Assembly: GCA_963775725.1 (NCBI GenBank)
Contig: CAVZKA010000002.1
Location: forward strand, 1,320,242 to 1,384,241
Direction of reading: 5' to 3'
Source: an uncultured Acidobacteriota bacterium
Lineage (GTDB): Bacteria; Acidobacteriota; Thermoanaerobaculia; UBA5066; Gp7-AA6
DNA length: 64,000 nt
Shown: in pieces, positions 41,159 through 50,830 of the stretch
How the letters are laid out: each line of letters opens with the position of its first letter
Numbering within the stretch: the first letter of the stretch is position 1
Translations under genes and position numbers: made by a program
The notes under the pieces: generated by a model
Database searches by the model: none
What the model was told of the DNA's origin: nothing
What the model saw: only the letters and a program-made list of their open reading frames with translations

Positions 41159-43249
41159 ATGAGGAGACCCTTTGTGACGGCGCCGGCTCTGGCGCTCGCG
41201 GGACTGACGAGCCTGGGCGCGGCCGCGGCGCAAACCGCCGATGACCCCTTCCAGTGGCTCGAGGACGTCCAGGGGGACAAGGCCCTCGCCTGGGCGAAGG
41301 AGCACAACGCGAAGACGATCGCGGTCCTCGAGGCCCGGCCGGAGTACCAGCCGATCTACGCGCGGACGCTGCAGATCCTGGACTCGAAGGACAAGATCCC
41401 GACGCCGGAGCTCTACGGCGAGGCCGTCTACAATTTCTGGAAGGACGACCAGCACGAGCGCGGGATCTGGCGCCGCACGACCATCGCGTCCTATCGCACG
41501 GCCGCTCCGCAGTGGGAGACGGTGCTCGACGTCGACGCCCTCGCGAAGGCGGACGGCAAGCCGTGGGTCTTCCACGGGGCGACGTGCCTCGCCCCCGCGT
41601 ATGCGCGCTGCATGGTCAGCCTGTCGCCGGGAGGCTCGGACGCGTCGGTCCAGCGCGAGTTCGACACGAAGACGAAGCAGTTCGTCCCGGGCGGCTTCAC
41701 CCTGCCGGAGGCCAAGTCCTTCATCGCATGGCATGACGAGGACACGCTCTGGATCGGCACGGACTTCGGCTCCGGGTCGCTGACGTCGTCGGGTTATCCC
41801 CGCATCGTGAAGCTGTGGAAGCGCGGCACGCCGCTTTCCGCGGCCCGGACCGTGTTCGAGGGCCGGCCCGAAGACGTCGGCGCGGCCGGGAGGACCGAGA
41901 TCCTGAGCGACGGGCGGTACGACGTCATTACGCGGACCCCCGCGTTCTTCCGCGAGGACACGTATCTCTATCTCGGCGACCGCCTGATCCACCTGGACCT
42001 GCCCGAGGACGCCCAACCACGCGTCTTCTTCCGCGACCGCCTCCTGTTCTCACTGCGCAGCGACTGGACGACGGGCGGCAGGACCTACAGGGAGGACTCG
42101 CTGCTCTCCGGAACCGTCGACGACCTGCTGCGCGGCGTGCGCCGGTACGACGTGCTCTTCGAGCCGGGCGCGCGCGTTTCGCTCGCCAGTGTCGACCGCA
42201 CGCGCGACCGCGTGCTGGTCCATACGCTCGACAACGTGCGCGGCCGCCTGACGGCGCTCTCTCTGAACGGCGACGGCAGCTGGGCGCGCGCCGAGATCCC
42301 GACGCCCGGGCTCGGCGACGCGGACCTGACCGCCGCGAGCGATCAGTCGGAATCCTTCTTCTTCACGTACGAGGACTTCACGACGCCGCGCTCGCTGTGG
42401 CTCGCCGAGAAGGGCGCGGCGCCCGTGAAGGTCAAGTCGATGCCGGCGTTCTTCGACGCGGCGGGCATGACGACGGAGCAGCTCGAGGCCACGTCGAAGG
42501 ACGGCACGAAGATCCCGTACTTCGTCGTGCGGCCGAAGGGAGTGAAATCGGACGGGACGGCCCCGACGCTGCTCTACGCCTATGGTGGCTTCGAGATCTC
42601 GGAGGTCCCCACCTACAGCGGAGTCACCGGCTCCGCGTGGCTCGCGCGCGGGGGCGTGTACGTCCTCGCCAACATTCGCGGCGGCGGAGAGTTCGGCCCG
42701 GCCTGGCACAAGGCCGCGGTGAAGGAGCAGCACATCCACAACTTCGAGGACTTCGCGGCCGTGGCGCAGGACCTCGTGGCGCGCAGGATCACTTCGCCGC
42801 GCCACCTCGGAATCATGGGTGGCTCCCAGGGCGGCCTGCTCGTCGGCGGGACCTTCACCCTCTACCCGGAGCTCTTTCATGCCGTCGTCGCGGCGGTGCC
42901 GCTGGCCGACATGAAGCGTTTCAGCCACCTCCTGGCCGGCGCCAGCTGGATGAGCGAGTACGGCGATCCGGACAAGGCCGAGGACTGGGCGTACATCCAG
43001 ACGTGGTCGCCGTACCAGCTTCTCAAGCCCGACGCGAAGTACCCGACGCCGTTCTACTGGACGAACACCCGCGACGACCGCGTGCACCCGGCCCACGCCC
43101 GCAAGATGGTGGCGAAGCTCGAGGCGCAGGGGCACCCGGTGTACTACTTCGAGAACACCGAGGGGGGCCACGGCAGCGGCGCGGTGAACAAGCAGACGGC
43201 CCAGGTGACGGCGCTGCAGTACGCGTACCTGTGGATGATGCTGCGCTGA
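41159..43249 (+). CDS. Secreted prolyl oligopeptidase (S9A)
   Basis: DDPFQWLE, GGSQGG (Ser), DDRVHP (Asp), GGHG (His). Confidence 0.93.
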   Translation: MRRPFVTAPALALAGLTSLGAAAAQTADDPFQWLEDVQGDKALAWAKEHNAKTIAVLEARPEYQPIYARTLQILDSKDKIPTPELYGEAVYNFWKDDQHERGIWRRTTIASYRTAAPQWETVLDVDALAKADGKPWVFHGATCLAPAYARCMVSLSPGGSDASVQREFDTKTKQFVPGGFTLPEAKSFIAWHDEDTLWIGTDFGSGSLTSSGYPRIVKLWKRGTPLSAARTVFEGRPEDVGAAGRTEILSDGRYDVITRTPAFFREDTYLYLGDRLIHLDLPEDAQPRVFFRDRLLFSLRSDWTTGGRTYREDSLLSGTVDDLLRGVRRYDVLFEPGARVSLASVDRTRDRVLVHTLDNVRGRLTALSLNGDGSWARAEIPTPGLGDADLTAASDQSESFFFTYEDFTTPRSLWLAEKGAAPVKVKSMPAFFDAAGMTTEQLEATSKDGTKIPYFVVRPKGVKSDGTAPTLLYAYGGFEISEVPTYSGVTGSAWLARGGVYVLANIRGGGEFGPAWHKAAVKEQHIHNFEDFAAVAQDLVARRITSPRHLGIMGGSQGGLLVGGTFTLYPELFHAVVAAVPLADMKRFSHLLAGASWMSEYGDPDKAEDWAYIQTWSPYQLLKPDAKYPTPFYWTNTRDDRVHPAHARKMVAKLEAQGHPVYYFENTEGGHGSGAVNKQTAQVTALQYAYLWMMLR

Positions 43250-43329
43250 CTTTCCTGTATCGTTGGCATCCCAATCGGTAGGCCGGTACTCGTCGATGTC
43301 TGCGCTCCACCCGGCCGTGGGGGGCTCGT

Positions 43330-44811
43330 ATGAGAGAAGGAGACCCGGTCATGTCGTTGCGTCGGTGGATTTACGCCTCGTTCGCGGTGCTGGCCGCCAC
43401 CTTCACGGCCTGTGGTCCGAAGGCGGAGGAGAAGGTTGCCGAGGTCGCCAAGGCTCCCGAAGCACTGGTGAAAGAGAAGGAAGCCGAGGAGGACGGCATT
43501 GAGGCGTACATCTATGCCTATCCCCTGGTGACCATGGAGCTGACGCGGCGGGTCTCGACCAACGTCGCGAGCCCGGAGGGCGCCAAGGCGCCGATGGGGC
43601 AGTTCGCAAAACTGCGCGGATACCCGGCCGTCGACAACCACTCGGTGACGGCGCCCAACGCGGACACGCTGTACACCATCGTGTGGCTCGACGTGACGAA
43701 GGAGCCCTGGGTCGTGAGCTCGCCCGACATGAAGGGGCGTTACTTCCTCCTCCCGATGCTCGACGGCTGGACGACCGTGTTCGCGGATCCCGGCAAGCGT
43801 ACGACCGGCACCGGGGCTCAGAAGTTCGCGATCACCGGCCCGGGTTGGAGCGGCACGCTCCCGGCGGGAGTCACGGAATACAAGTCGGCCACCGGCATCG
43901 TGTGGCTGCTCGGCCGGATCTACTGCACGGGCACGCCCGAGGACTACAAGGCGGTCCACGCGATTCAGGACCAGATGACGGCCGTGCCGCTGTCGTCGTA
44001 CGGCAAGGCGTACACGCCCGCCCCGGGAACCATCGACCCTGCGGTGGACGAGAAGACGTCGACGCGCGACCAGGTCGGCGCCATGGACGCCAAGGCGTAC
44101 TTCACGCTCTTCGCGCAGCTTTTGAAGACGAACCCGCCGACGGCCGAGGACGCTCCGATGGTCGCGACCCTCGCGAAGATCGGCATCGTCCCGGGCCAGG
44201 ACTTCGACGCGTCGAAGCTCGATCCGGCGGTCGCGAAGGGCCTCGAGGACGTCCCGAAGAAGGCGAACGAAAAGATCATGGCCTGGATGAAGGAAGGGAT
44301 CGTCGCCGGCGACATGAAGCTCGAGAACGGCTGGCTCTTCACGACGAAGACCGGCATCTACGGCACGGCGTATCGCCAGCGCGCGCTGATCACCGCCATC
44401 GGCCTCGGCGCCAACCGCCCGCAGGACGCCGTGTACCCGACTTCCGAGGGCCCCGACGCGCTCAAGTCGTACGACGGCGCCAAGAAATACGTCATGCACT
44501 TCGACAAGGGCGAGCTGCCTCCCGTCGACGGCTTCTGGTCGCTGACGATGTACGACGCCAACTACTTCTTCGTGCCGAACCCGCTCAATCGCTACACGGT
44601 GAGTCAGCGCAACAAGCTCGCGGTGAACGCCGACGGCTCGGTGGACCTGTACATCCAGAACGAGTCGCCCGGCAAGGCGAAGGAGCAGAACTGGCTCCCG
44701 GCGCCCAAGGACAAGTTCATCCTGATGATGCGTCTCTACTGGCCGAAGGAGAAGCCGCCTTCACTGCTCGACGGGACCTGGAAGGTCCCCGGCGTCAAGG
44801 AAGCCGGGTAG
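43330..44811 (+). CDS. DUF1254/DUF1214 lipoprotein
   Basis: Lipobox FTA-C; YIYAYPLV, PNADTLY, FWSLTMY, NWLPAP, MRLYWP. Confidence 0.9.
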   Translation: MREGDPVMSLRRWIYASFAVLAATFTACGPKAEEKVAEVAKAPEALVKEKEAEEDGIEAYIYAYPLVTMELTRRVSTNVASPEGAKAPMGQFAKLRGYPAVDNHSVTAPNADTLYTIVWLDVTKEPWVVSSPDMKGRYFLLPMLDGWTTVFADPGKRTTGTGAQKFAITGPGWSGTLPAGVTEYKSATGIVWLLGRIYCTGTPEDYKAVHAIQDQMTAVPLSSYGKAYTPAPGTIDPAVDEKTSTRDQVGAMDAKAYFTLFAQLLKTNPPTAEDAPMVATLAKIGIVPGQDFDASKLDPAVAKGLEDVPKKANEKIMAWMKEGIVAGDMKLENGWLFTTKTGIYGTAYRQRALITAIGLGANRPQDAVYPTSEGPDALKSYDGAKKYVMHFDKGELPPVDGFWSLTMYDANYFFVPNPLNRYTVSQRNKLAVNADGSVDLYIQNESPGKAKEQNWLPAPKDKFILMMRLYWPKEKPPSLLDGTWKVPGVKEAG

Positions 44812-44837
44812 GAACCGTCGGAACACCGTCTCGATCG

Positions 44838-44872
44838 ACCGCCAGCACGCCGTGTGCTGGCGGTTTTGTTTT
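44838..44872 (+). terminator. Intrinsic terminator
   Basis: ACCGCCAGCAC/GTGCTGGCGGT 11-bp stem followed by TTTGTTTT. Confidence 0.8.
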
Positions 44873-44895
44873 CTCCGGCGCCGTTCGCCTCAATG

Positions 44896-45900
44896 TCATC
44901 CCTGCGGCTGCAGGAAGATTTCGACGGTCTCGCTCTTTCCCGGCCCCACGATCACGGTCCGCTCCTCGGTCTTCATGCCGGGCCGCGAGACGGTGAGCGT
45001 GTGCTGTCCCGGCGGGACCTGCATGCCCCTGGTCAGCGTCGAGAGTTCTTCCCCGGTCCCGACGAAACTGTCGTTCAGGTAGACGGCCGCGTCGCCCGGC
45101 TGAATCCGGAGGAAAATGCGGGCACTCGTTTTCGGCACCGTGGCGGTGCCCGGCTCGAGCGCGTCCTGCCCGCCGGCCGGCGGTGGCTGTCCGGGTCCGC
45201 TGCCCCGCCATGTCTGGTTGGCCCAGTCGCCCTGATCCCCGCCCGCCTGGACGTCGACGGACGGATCCGTCGTCACGTAGTCGGGCGCATAGGAGCCGCT
45301 CCACGAGCCGGGCCAGCCCCAGCCCCAGTCACCCCAGCCGGCGCCCCAACCCCAGCCCCAAGCGGGGTAATAGTAGTAACCGCCACCGTAGTAGCCGTTG
45401 TATCCGTTGTATCCGTTGTATCCGCGCCCGTAGTAGCCGTGTCCACCGTAGTAGCCGTGTCCGCCGTTGTAGCCGTGTCCGCCGTTGTAGCCGTGGCCGC
45501 CGCTGTAGCCGTGTCCGCCGTTGTAGCCGTGTCCGCCGTTGTAGCCGTGGCCGCCGCTGTAGCCGTGTCCGCCGTTGTAGCCGTGGCCGCCGTTGTAGCC
45601 GTGGCCGCCGTTGTAGCCATTACCGCCGTGATAGCCGCCGCTTCCGTGGGATCCACCACTGCCGCCGTGATAGCCGCCGCTTCCGTGGGATCCGCCGCTG
45701 CCGCCGTGATAGCCGCCGCCATGGGATCCACTACCTCCCCCGTGGGATCCGCCGCCACCACCGTGAGATCCGCCACCACCATGGGACCCGCCGCCCGAAT
45801 GTTGACCGAGCGCCGCGGGCGCCGAAGCGAGAGTCAGCACGCCCGCCAGAAGCAGCGGTGGAATCTTCGAGCCAACCCTCAATACCGTGTTCATGGACAT
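44896..45900 (-). CDS. Secreted Gly/His/Tyr-rich repeat protein with C-terminal PEGA domain
   Basis: Signal peptide, low-complexity repeats, WG-rich segment, then IQPGDAAVYLNDSFVG...PPGQHTLTVSRPG PEGA. Confidence 0.85.
   Translation of the reverse strand: MSMNTVLRVGSKIPPLLLAGVLTLASAPAALGQHSGGGSHGGGGSHGGGGGSHGGGSGSHGGGYHGGSGGSHGSGGYHGGSGGSHGSGGYHGGNGYNGGHGYNGGHGYNGGHGYSGGHGYNGGHGYNGGHGYSGGHGYNGGHGYNGGHGYYGGHGYYGRGYNGYNGYNGYYGGGYYYYPAWGWGWGAGWGDWGWGWPGSWSGSYAPDYVTTDPSVDVQAGGDQGDWANQTWRGSGPGQPPPAGGQDALEPGTATVPKTSARIFLRIQPGDAAVYLNDSFVGTGEELSTLTRGMQVPPGQHTLTVSRPGMKTEERTVIVGPGKSETVEIFLQPQG
45427..45625 (-). repeat. 18-bp tandem repeat encoding (GGHGY[N/S/Y]) x about 11
   Basis: Repeated GTAGCCGTG(T/G)CCGCCGTT units visible on the plus strand. 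Confidence 0.9.
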
Positions 45901-45919
45901 AGCCTTCACCTTCTCATAA

Positions 45920-45935
45920 AGCAAGAAGGCGGCCA
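45920..45935 (-). promoter_or_regulatory. Possible sigma-54 promoter for the PEGA gene
   Basis: Minus strand TGGCCGCCTTCTTGCT, GG-N10-GC with TTGCT. Confidence 0.4.
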
Positions 45936-46312
45936 CGCAGCGAGCGCCCCACCGCGTCCGGAAGCCTCGTGCATTCAGGAGTTTGGAGGGGAGCCCTCGA
46001 CGGACGTCGGCGTGCCCCGACCTCGGCACAGGTCAGAGCGTCATCCGCAAGGCTCTTTCTACGAGAGTCGGAGCCTTGCGACCGCGCACACAGCGATACC
46101 GTCCACGGTGGCTTTCCGTCGGCCCCAACTCGAGCCGACGACCGGGAGAGAGAACGGGGGCCGATCCGCAGACTCCTTCCACGATGTACGCCGCCACCCA
46201 GCACCGTCTCCACAGCCAGGGTAACCCCTGCATGAACGAGGCGACCGCCCTCTCGCGCAGCGTGCGACCTTTCCGGAGTGAGGCTCAAACTTCCAGGGAG
46301 CGACGGCGTGGG

Positions 46313-47769
46313 TCACTTCCCGCTCGTCAGGGCGAGCCACAATGACCGCTGCGACGCCGTCGCCGCGGGATCCAGCTCGACGACCTCCTTACCAGCGCCG
46401 TCCCGGGACAGTCGCAGACCCGCCGTGGCCAGCGCCTCCTCGAGCGGCAGCGGGTCGTGTCCCTTGATGTGAGCCTGGTAGAAGCCTTCCCAGTCCTCAT
46501 CCGCCGTGGGCTGCAGGGCGGCCCGGATGTCGGCCCACGTATATTCGCGAGCACCGCCTTCGGTCTGTCGCCAGAGGTTACGGAACAGGTCGGCAATGTT
46601 GCACCGACCGCCGGAGGCCTGCCGGATCATCACGTCCCACGAAAAGGCCACCAACGCTCCGGCGCTATAGAGAGGCGGCCCCTTCTTCGTGCCGATCGCC
46701 TCGAGTGTCGTGGTCAGCTGGCGGTAGTTGTTCACGTGCTCGCCGAGCTTGCCAACGAAGGCGTCGGGATCAACGATCTTGCTGACACGTTGGAGACGTA
46801 CTCGGTAAAACCCTCCTGGAACCACTGCGTGCTGGCATAGTCCGCGCCCCGCAGTCGAGCGTAGTTCCAATAGTGGAAGATCTCGTGCGCCAGTGTGTTC
46901 GCCCACGCCGCCCGATTCTTGCTGGATGGGTCCTCGTAGCAATAGGCGAAACTCTGTCGATAGGCCGCTCCGCCCTCGTCGACGATGGGCAAGAGCACGA
47001 CCGTGTAGGTCTCACGCTCCTTGTATTGCATGAGGTCGACCTCGCGCGCGATCACGGCCCCCAGGACCTCGCGGACCAACGGCCTCAAGGGCTCCCAATG
47101 ACCCATGGCGATGATCTGCAGGGTGAACCCCCTGGCCGTCACGACGTCGGGAGCGACCGTCGAGAACACCAGCAGGTTGTCGGTCAGGTCCTTCGCGCTT
47201 CGGACGAGATAGCCGTGCGCCGCGGAAGGGCGCGGCATCCACGGCATGACCGTGAGCCAGGGGCGTCGCACGTCGAAGTCGACCTCAATCGACGCGATCT
47301 GGTCGGTGACGATGAATAACCCCCGCCCCGAGACCGATATGTGCTCGGCGTCCACGAAGGCGGACTCCAACGGACTCGACCAACCTTTGGCCGCGAACAG
47401 GCTGAAATCGACGTCGTAGGCGAGAGTGACACGGCCCTCGCACGACAGCCGAAGTTTCCATCCACGCTTGTCTGGACTCGCCAGCTGGAGGGACTTTCCG
47501 GAACGATCGAAGGCCTTGAATCCTGAAATGAGCGCCGGCCAGCCGCGGGCGGCCATTTCCGGAAGCTCGGCCGGGTAGGTCCGGGCCATGTCCAGCCTGT
47601 CGCCCTTGGTGGGGAGATCGGCCTGAACTGAAAACCGCAGCGGGGAGACGCTGACGAGCTTGACGTGGTACCTGGCGACTGCCGGGGCCGGCACATCGAC
47701 GGCCGCGAAGGCGGAGGTTGCGCCTGCGACCATCGCCGCGAGGACCACCAGGCCGGAACGTATCTGCAC
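46313..47769 (-). CDS. M61-like glycyl aminopeptidase (indel near 46790)
   Basis: Signal peptide; LAHEIFHYWN and WFQEGFTEY; C-terminal ORF 46313-46942 with YSAGALVAF..D. Confidence 0.8.
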
Positions 47770-47870
47770 TCTTTCCCTCTTCGACAGAGACCCGAACGAG
47801 GTTACGCACCGCGTCCGGAAAGGTTGCGCCTTCGCACTCGAGAGCCGCGGTGTAGTCTTTCCACAGCCGG

Positions 47871-50468
47871 ATGACCCTTTCAACCGGAACGCGTCTGGGT
47901 CCGTACGAGATCCTGTCGCCTCTCGGCGCGGGCGGGATGGGAGAGGTATACCGGGCGAAGGACACGCGGCTCGGCCGCGAGGTCGCGATCAAGGTCCTCC
48001 CGACCGCGCTTTCCCGCGACGCGGATCGGATGCGGCGATTCGAGAAAGAGGCGCGCGCCGCATCGGCATTGACTCACCCGAACATCGTCACGATCCACGA
48101 CGTGATGGATGGCGATTCGGGCCTGTGCATCGTGATGGAGCTGGTTTCGGGCCGAACTCTGCGCGATGTTCTCGCGGAAGGCGCGCTTGCCCCGAAAACG
48201 TGGCTCGGCATCGCGTCGCAGACGGCCGAGGGGCTTGCCAGAGCGCACGCTTCCGGCATCGTGCACCGCGACCTGAAGCCCGAGAACCTCATGATCTCGG
48301 ACGACGGGCTCGTCAAGATCCTCGACTTCGGGTTGGCGAAGCTGACAGAGCCGGAGGAAGCCTCCGGGGCGACGCAGGCGCCGACGGTTTCCGGGGCAAC
48401 CGAGCCCGGCATCGTCATGGGAACCGTCGGTTACATGTCGCCCGAGCAGGCGCGCGGCAAGGCCCTGGACTTCCGCTCCGATCAGTTCTCGCTGGGGTCG
48501 ATCGCGTACGAGATGGCCACCGGGCGGCGGGCGTTCTCTCGCGAGAGCACGCCGGAGACGCTCTCGGCGATCATCCGCGAGGAGCCCGAACCGATGGGCG
48601 CGGCCGCTCCGCTGTCGCCGCCGCCGGCTCGCTGGATCGTCGAGCGGTGCCTTTCGAAGGATCCGCAGCAGCGTTACGCCTCGACCCAGGACCTCGCCCG
48701 CGACCTGGCTTCGGTCCGGGACCATCTTTCGGAACTATCGGTCTCCGGCCCGGTCGCCCCGGCCCCGGCCCGACGTTCGCGCGCCCTGGTCATCGGCCTG
48801 GCCGGCGCGCTCGCGCTCGTCGGCGTCGCAGGAGTCCTGGGCGGCAGACGCATGGCGTCCACGCGGCCGCCCTCCTTCACGCCCCTGACCTACCGCCGCG
48901 GGTGGATCCAATCGGCGAGGTTCGCTCCCGACGGCCAGTCGGTCGTCTACTCGGCAGCGTGGGACGGAAAGCCCGCCCGGCTCTTTCTGAAGCGGCCGGA
49001 CAGTCCCGATGAGGTTGCCATTGCGCTGCCGAGCGCCAACATCCTGTCGATCTCGAAATCGGGAGAGATGGCGATTGCGCTCGACTGTCGCAGCACGCAC
49101 GCGAGCGTCTGCAGCGGGTCCCTGGCGAGAGCCTCGATCACCGGGGGAGCCGCCCGCCCCGTGGCGGATGACGCGCAGCAGGCGGATTGGGCGCCGGACG
49201 GCGAGAACCTGGTCGTCGCCCGCGACGTCGGCGGACGCGGAAGACTGGAGTTCCCCATCGGAAAGGTCCTCTACGAAACGGTCGGGCACACCAGCTTCCC
49301 GCGGCTGTCACCCAAGGGCGACAGGATCGCTTTCGTCGATAATCCGCTCAAGACGGACAATCGAGGATCGGTCGCCCTCATGGATCTCGCGGGGCGCAAA
49401 CGAATTCTGACGCGGGAGTGGGCGGCGATCGAGTCGCTTGCGTGGTCGCCCGCGGGTGACGAGATCTGGTTCACCGGACTTCGCGGCGACGACAGTTCGT
49501 TGTTCGCCGCATTGTATGCCGTGAGCCTGTCGGGTCGCGAGCGCCTCGTGGCCCGTTTTCCGGCGGGAATTCGAATCCAGGACGTCGCGCGTTCGGGCCG
49601 CCTGCTGCTCACTCAGGACACCGACCGGTGTGCAATGTCCGGGCGCGCCGCCGGCGAGACACGTGAGCGCGACCTCTCGTGGCTCAACTGGACGGTCGTG
49701 CGGGACATCTCACGCGACGGCAAAACGCTGCTTTTCGACGAGGAGGGCGGGCTTCCGGGGCCGGACTATGCGGCTTGCACCCGAGGCACGGACGGCTCCC
49801 CCGTCGTCCGTCTCGGATACGGATCGGCCCTGGCCCTTTCCCCCGACGGGAAATGGGCCGTCGCGCAGCTCAGCCAGGCCGGCTTTCCACTGGCCCTCCT
49901 GTCGACCCGCACCGGAGAGCGCCGCATCCTCCCGACGGGCGGGATTCACTGCGACGAGGTGGAATGGGTCGATGAGAGGCGTCTCGTTTTCGTCGGCGCG
50001 GCGCAGGGGCGCCCCGCGCAGCTCTACGTCCAGGACATCGGCGAGGGAGCGCCGCGGGCGATCTCGACCGAGAGCGTCGAGGGAGACTCGACGAGTCGCA
50101 TCGCGCCTTCTCCCGATGGCCGGGTCGTCGCGGCGGTCGGACCGGATCATAAGTGCCGTCTGTACCCGATCGCCGGCGGAGCGGCGCGGTCGATCCCGGG
50201 GGTCGCGGAGGGCGAGTTCCCGCAGGTGTGGAGCGCAGATGGCCGGTGGTTGTACCTCCGAGGAGCGCAGGTCTCGGAGCCGCCGGCGCGTCTCTTCCGG
50301 GTCGAGCCGGAGACGGGCCGGCGCGAGGTCCGAAATGAGCTGATCCCGGCGGACCCGGCGGGTTTGGTGGTGATCGGCCAGGTCGTTCTCGCACCGGACG
50401 GAGAGTCGTACGCCTACAGCTACGGCACGAGTTTCTCCCGGCTTCTGGTCGCGGAAGGGATCAAGTAG
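47871..50468 (+). CDS. Ser/Thr kinase with TM and TolB/PD40-like beta-propeller
   Basis: GAGGMGEVY, HRDLKPEN, DFG, YMSPEQ; repeated FAPDG/WSPAG/SPDG motifs. Confidence 0.93.
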   Translation: MTLSTGTRLGPYEILSPLGAGGMGEVYRAKDTRLGREVAIKVLPTALSRDADRMRRFEKEARAASALTHPNIVTIHDVMDGDSGLCIVMELVSGRTLRDVLAEGALAPKTWLGIASQTAEGLARAHASGIVHRDLKPENLMISDDGLVKILDFGLAKLTEPEEASGATQAPTVSGATEPGIVMGTVGYMSPEQARGKALDFRSDQFSLGSIAYEMATGRRAFSRESTPETLSAIIREEPEPMGAAAPLSPPPARWIVERCLSKDPQQRYASTQDLARDLASVRDHLSELSVSGPVAPAPARRSRALVIGLAGALALVGVAGVLGGRRMASTRPPSFTPLTYRRGWIQSARFAPDGQSVVYSAAWDGKPARLFLKRPDSPDEVAIALPSANILSISKSGEMAIALDCRSTHASVCSGSLARASITGGAARPVADDAQQADWAPDGENLVVARDVGGRGRLEFPIGKVLYETVGHTSFPRLSPKGDRIAFVDNPLKTDNRGSVALMDLAGRKRILTREWAAIESLAWSPAGDEIWFTGLRGDDSSLFAALYAVSLSGRERLVARFPAGIRIQDVARSGRLLLTQDTDRCAMSGRAAGETRERDLSWLNWTVVRDISRDGKTLLFDEEGGLPGPDYAACTRGTDGSPVVRLGYGSALALSPDGKWAVAQLSQAGFPLALLSTRTGERRILPTGGIHCDEVEWVDERRLVFVGAAQGRPAQLYVQDIGEGAPRAISTESVEGDSTSRIAPSPDGRVVAAVGPDHKCRLYPIAGGAARSIPGVAEGEFPQVWSADGRWLYLRGAQVSEPPARLFRVEPETGRREVRNELIPADPAGLVVIGQVVLAPDGESYAYSYGTSFSRLLVAEGIK

Positions 50469-50484
50469 ACGGCGGGAGTCGGGG

Positions 50485-50561
50485 TGGTAGCGGCGCAGGG
50501 ACTTGAACCCCGGACCTAGCGGATATGAGCCGCTTGCTCTAACCAACTGAGCTACGCCGCC
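50485..50561 (-). tRNA. tRNA-Met(CAT), elongator type
   Basis: Reverse complement GGCGGCGTAGCTCAGTTGGTTAGAGCAAGCGGCTCATATCCGCTAGGTCCGGGGTTCAAGTCCCTGCGCCGCTACCA; G1-U72, no GGG/CCC anticodon stem. Confidence 0.93.
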
Positions 50562-50611
50562 ACAGGGACCGCGGATGATAGCAAAAGACGGGCCCCGGCT
50601 ATACTGTCTCC

Positions 50612-50830
50612 ATGGCTGGTTTCGCGGACCGTTGCGTCACCTGCAACCAGGAATACCCGTACGGCCTGCCCCTCTGCCAGACCTGCCGAAAACCCGCCTG
50701 CGAGGTCTGCCTGGTGCGGATGGGCGGGAACATCTTCTGCGGGAAGCCCTGCGCGCACGCGTTTTTCTTCGGCGGGCAGGACGACGTGGAGGACGAGACC
50801 GACCTCGCGAAGCTCGAAGATGGAGAATGA
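50612..50830 (+). CDS. Small Cys-rich (B-box-like) zinc-finger protein with acidic tail
   Basis: CVTC, CQTC, CEVC, CGKPC..H; TATACT 6 nt before ATG; stop overlaps the ClC start. Confidence 0.75.
   Translation: MAGFADRCVTCNQEYPYGLPLCQTCRKPACEVCLVRMGGNIFCGKPCAHAFFFGGQDDVEDETDLAKLEDGE

Noticed and set aside
42810-42840. GGSQGG instead of GGSNGG in the S9A peptidase as inactivation
   Set aside because: Catalytic Ser, Asp and His are all present; a conservative change.
43262-43285. TTGGCATCCCAATCGG as a sigma-54 promoter
   Set aside because: The -12 position is GG rather than GC and lacks TTGC.
45427-45800. Tandem repeats as a CRISPR array
   Set aside because: 18-bp in-frame coding repeats with no unique spacers and no cas genes.
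45914-46345. Several short ORFs upstream of the PEGA gene
   Set aside because: No RBS, motif or consistent codon bias; treated as non-coding or decayed sequence.
50485-50561. tRNA(CAT) as the TilS substrate tRNA-Ile2 or as initiator tRNA
   Set aside because: The acceptor stem has G4-C69/G5-C68 rather than the C4-G69/C5-G68 E. coli TilS determinants; it lacks the C1:A72 mismatch and the three G-C anticodon pairs.
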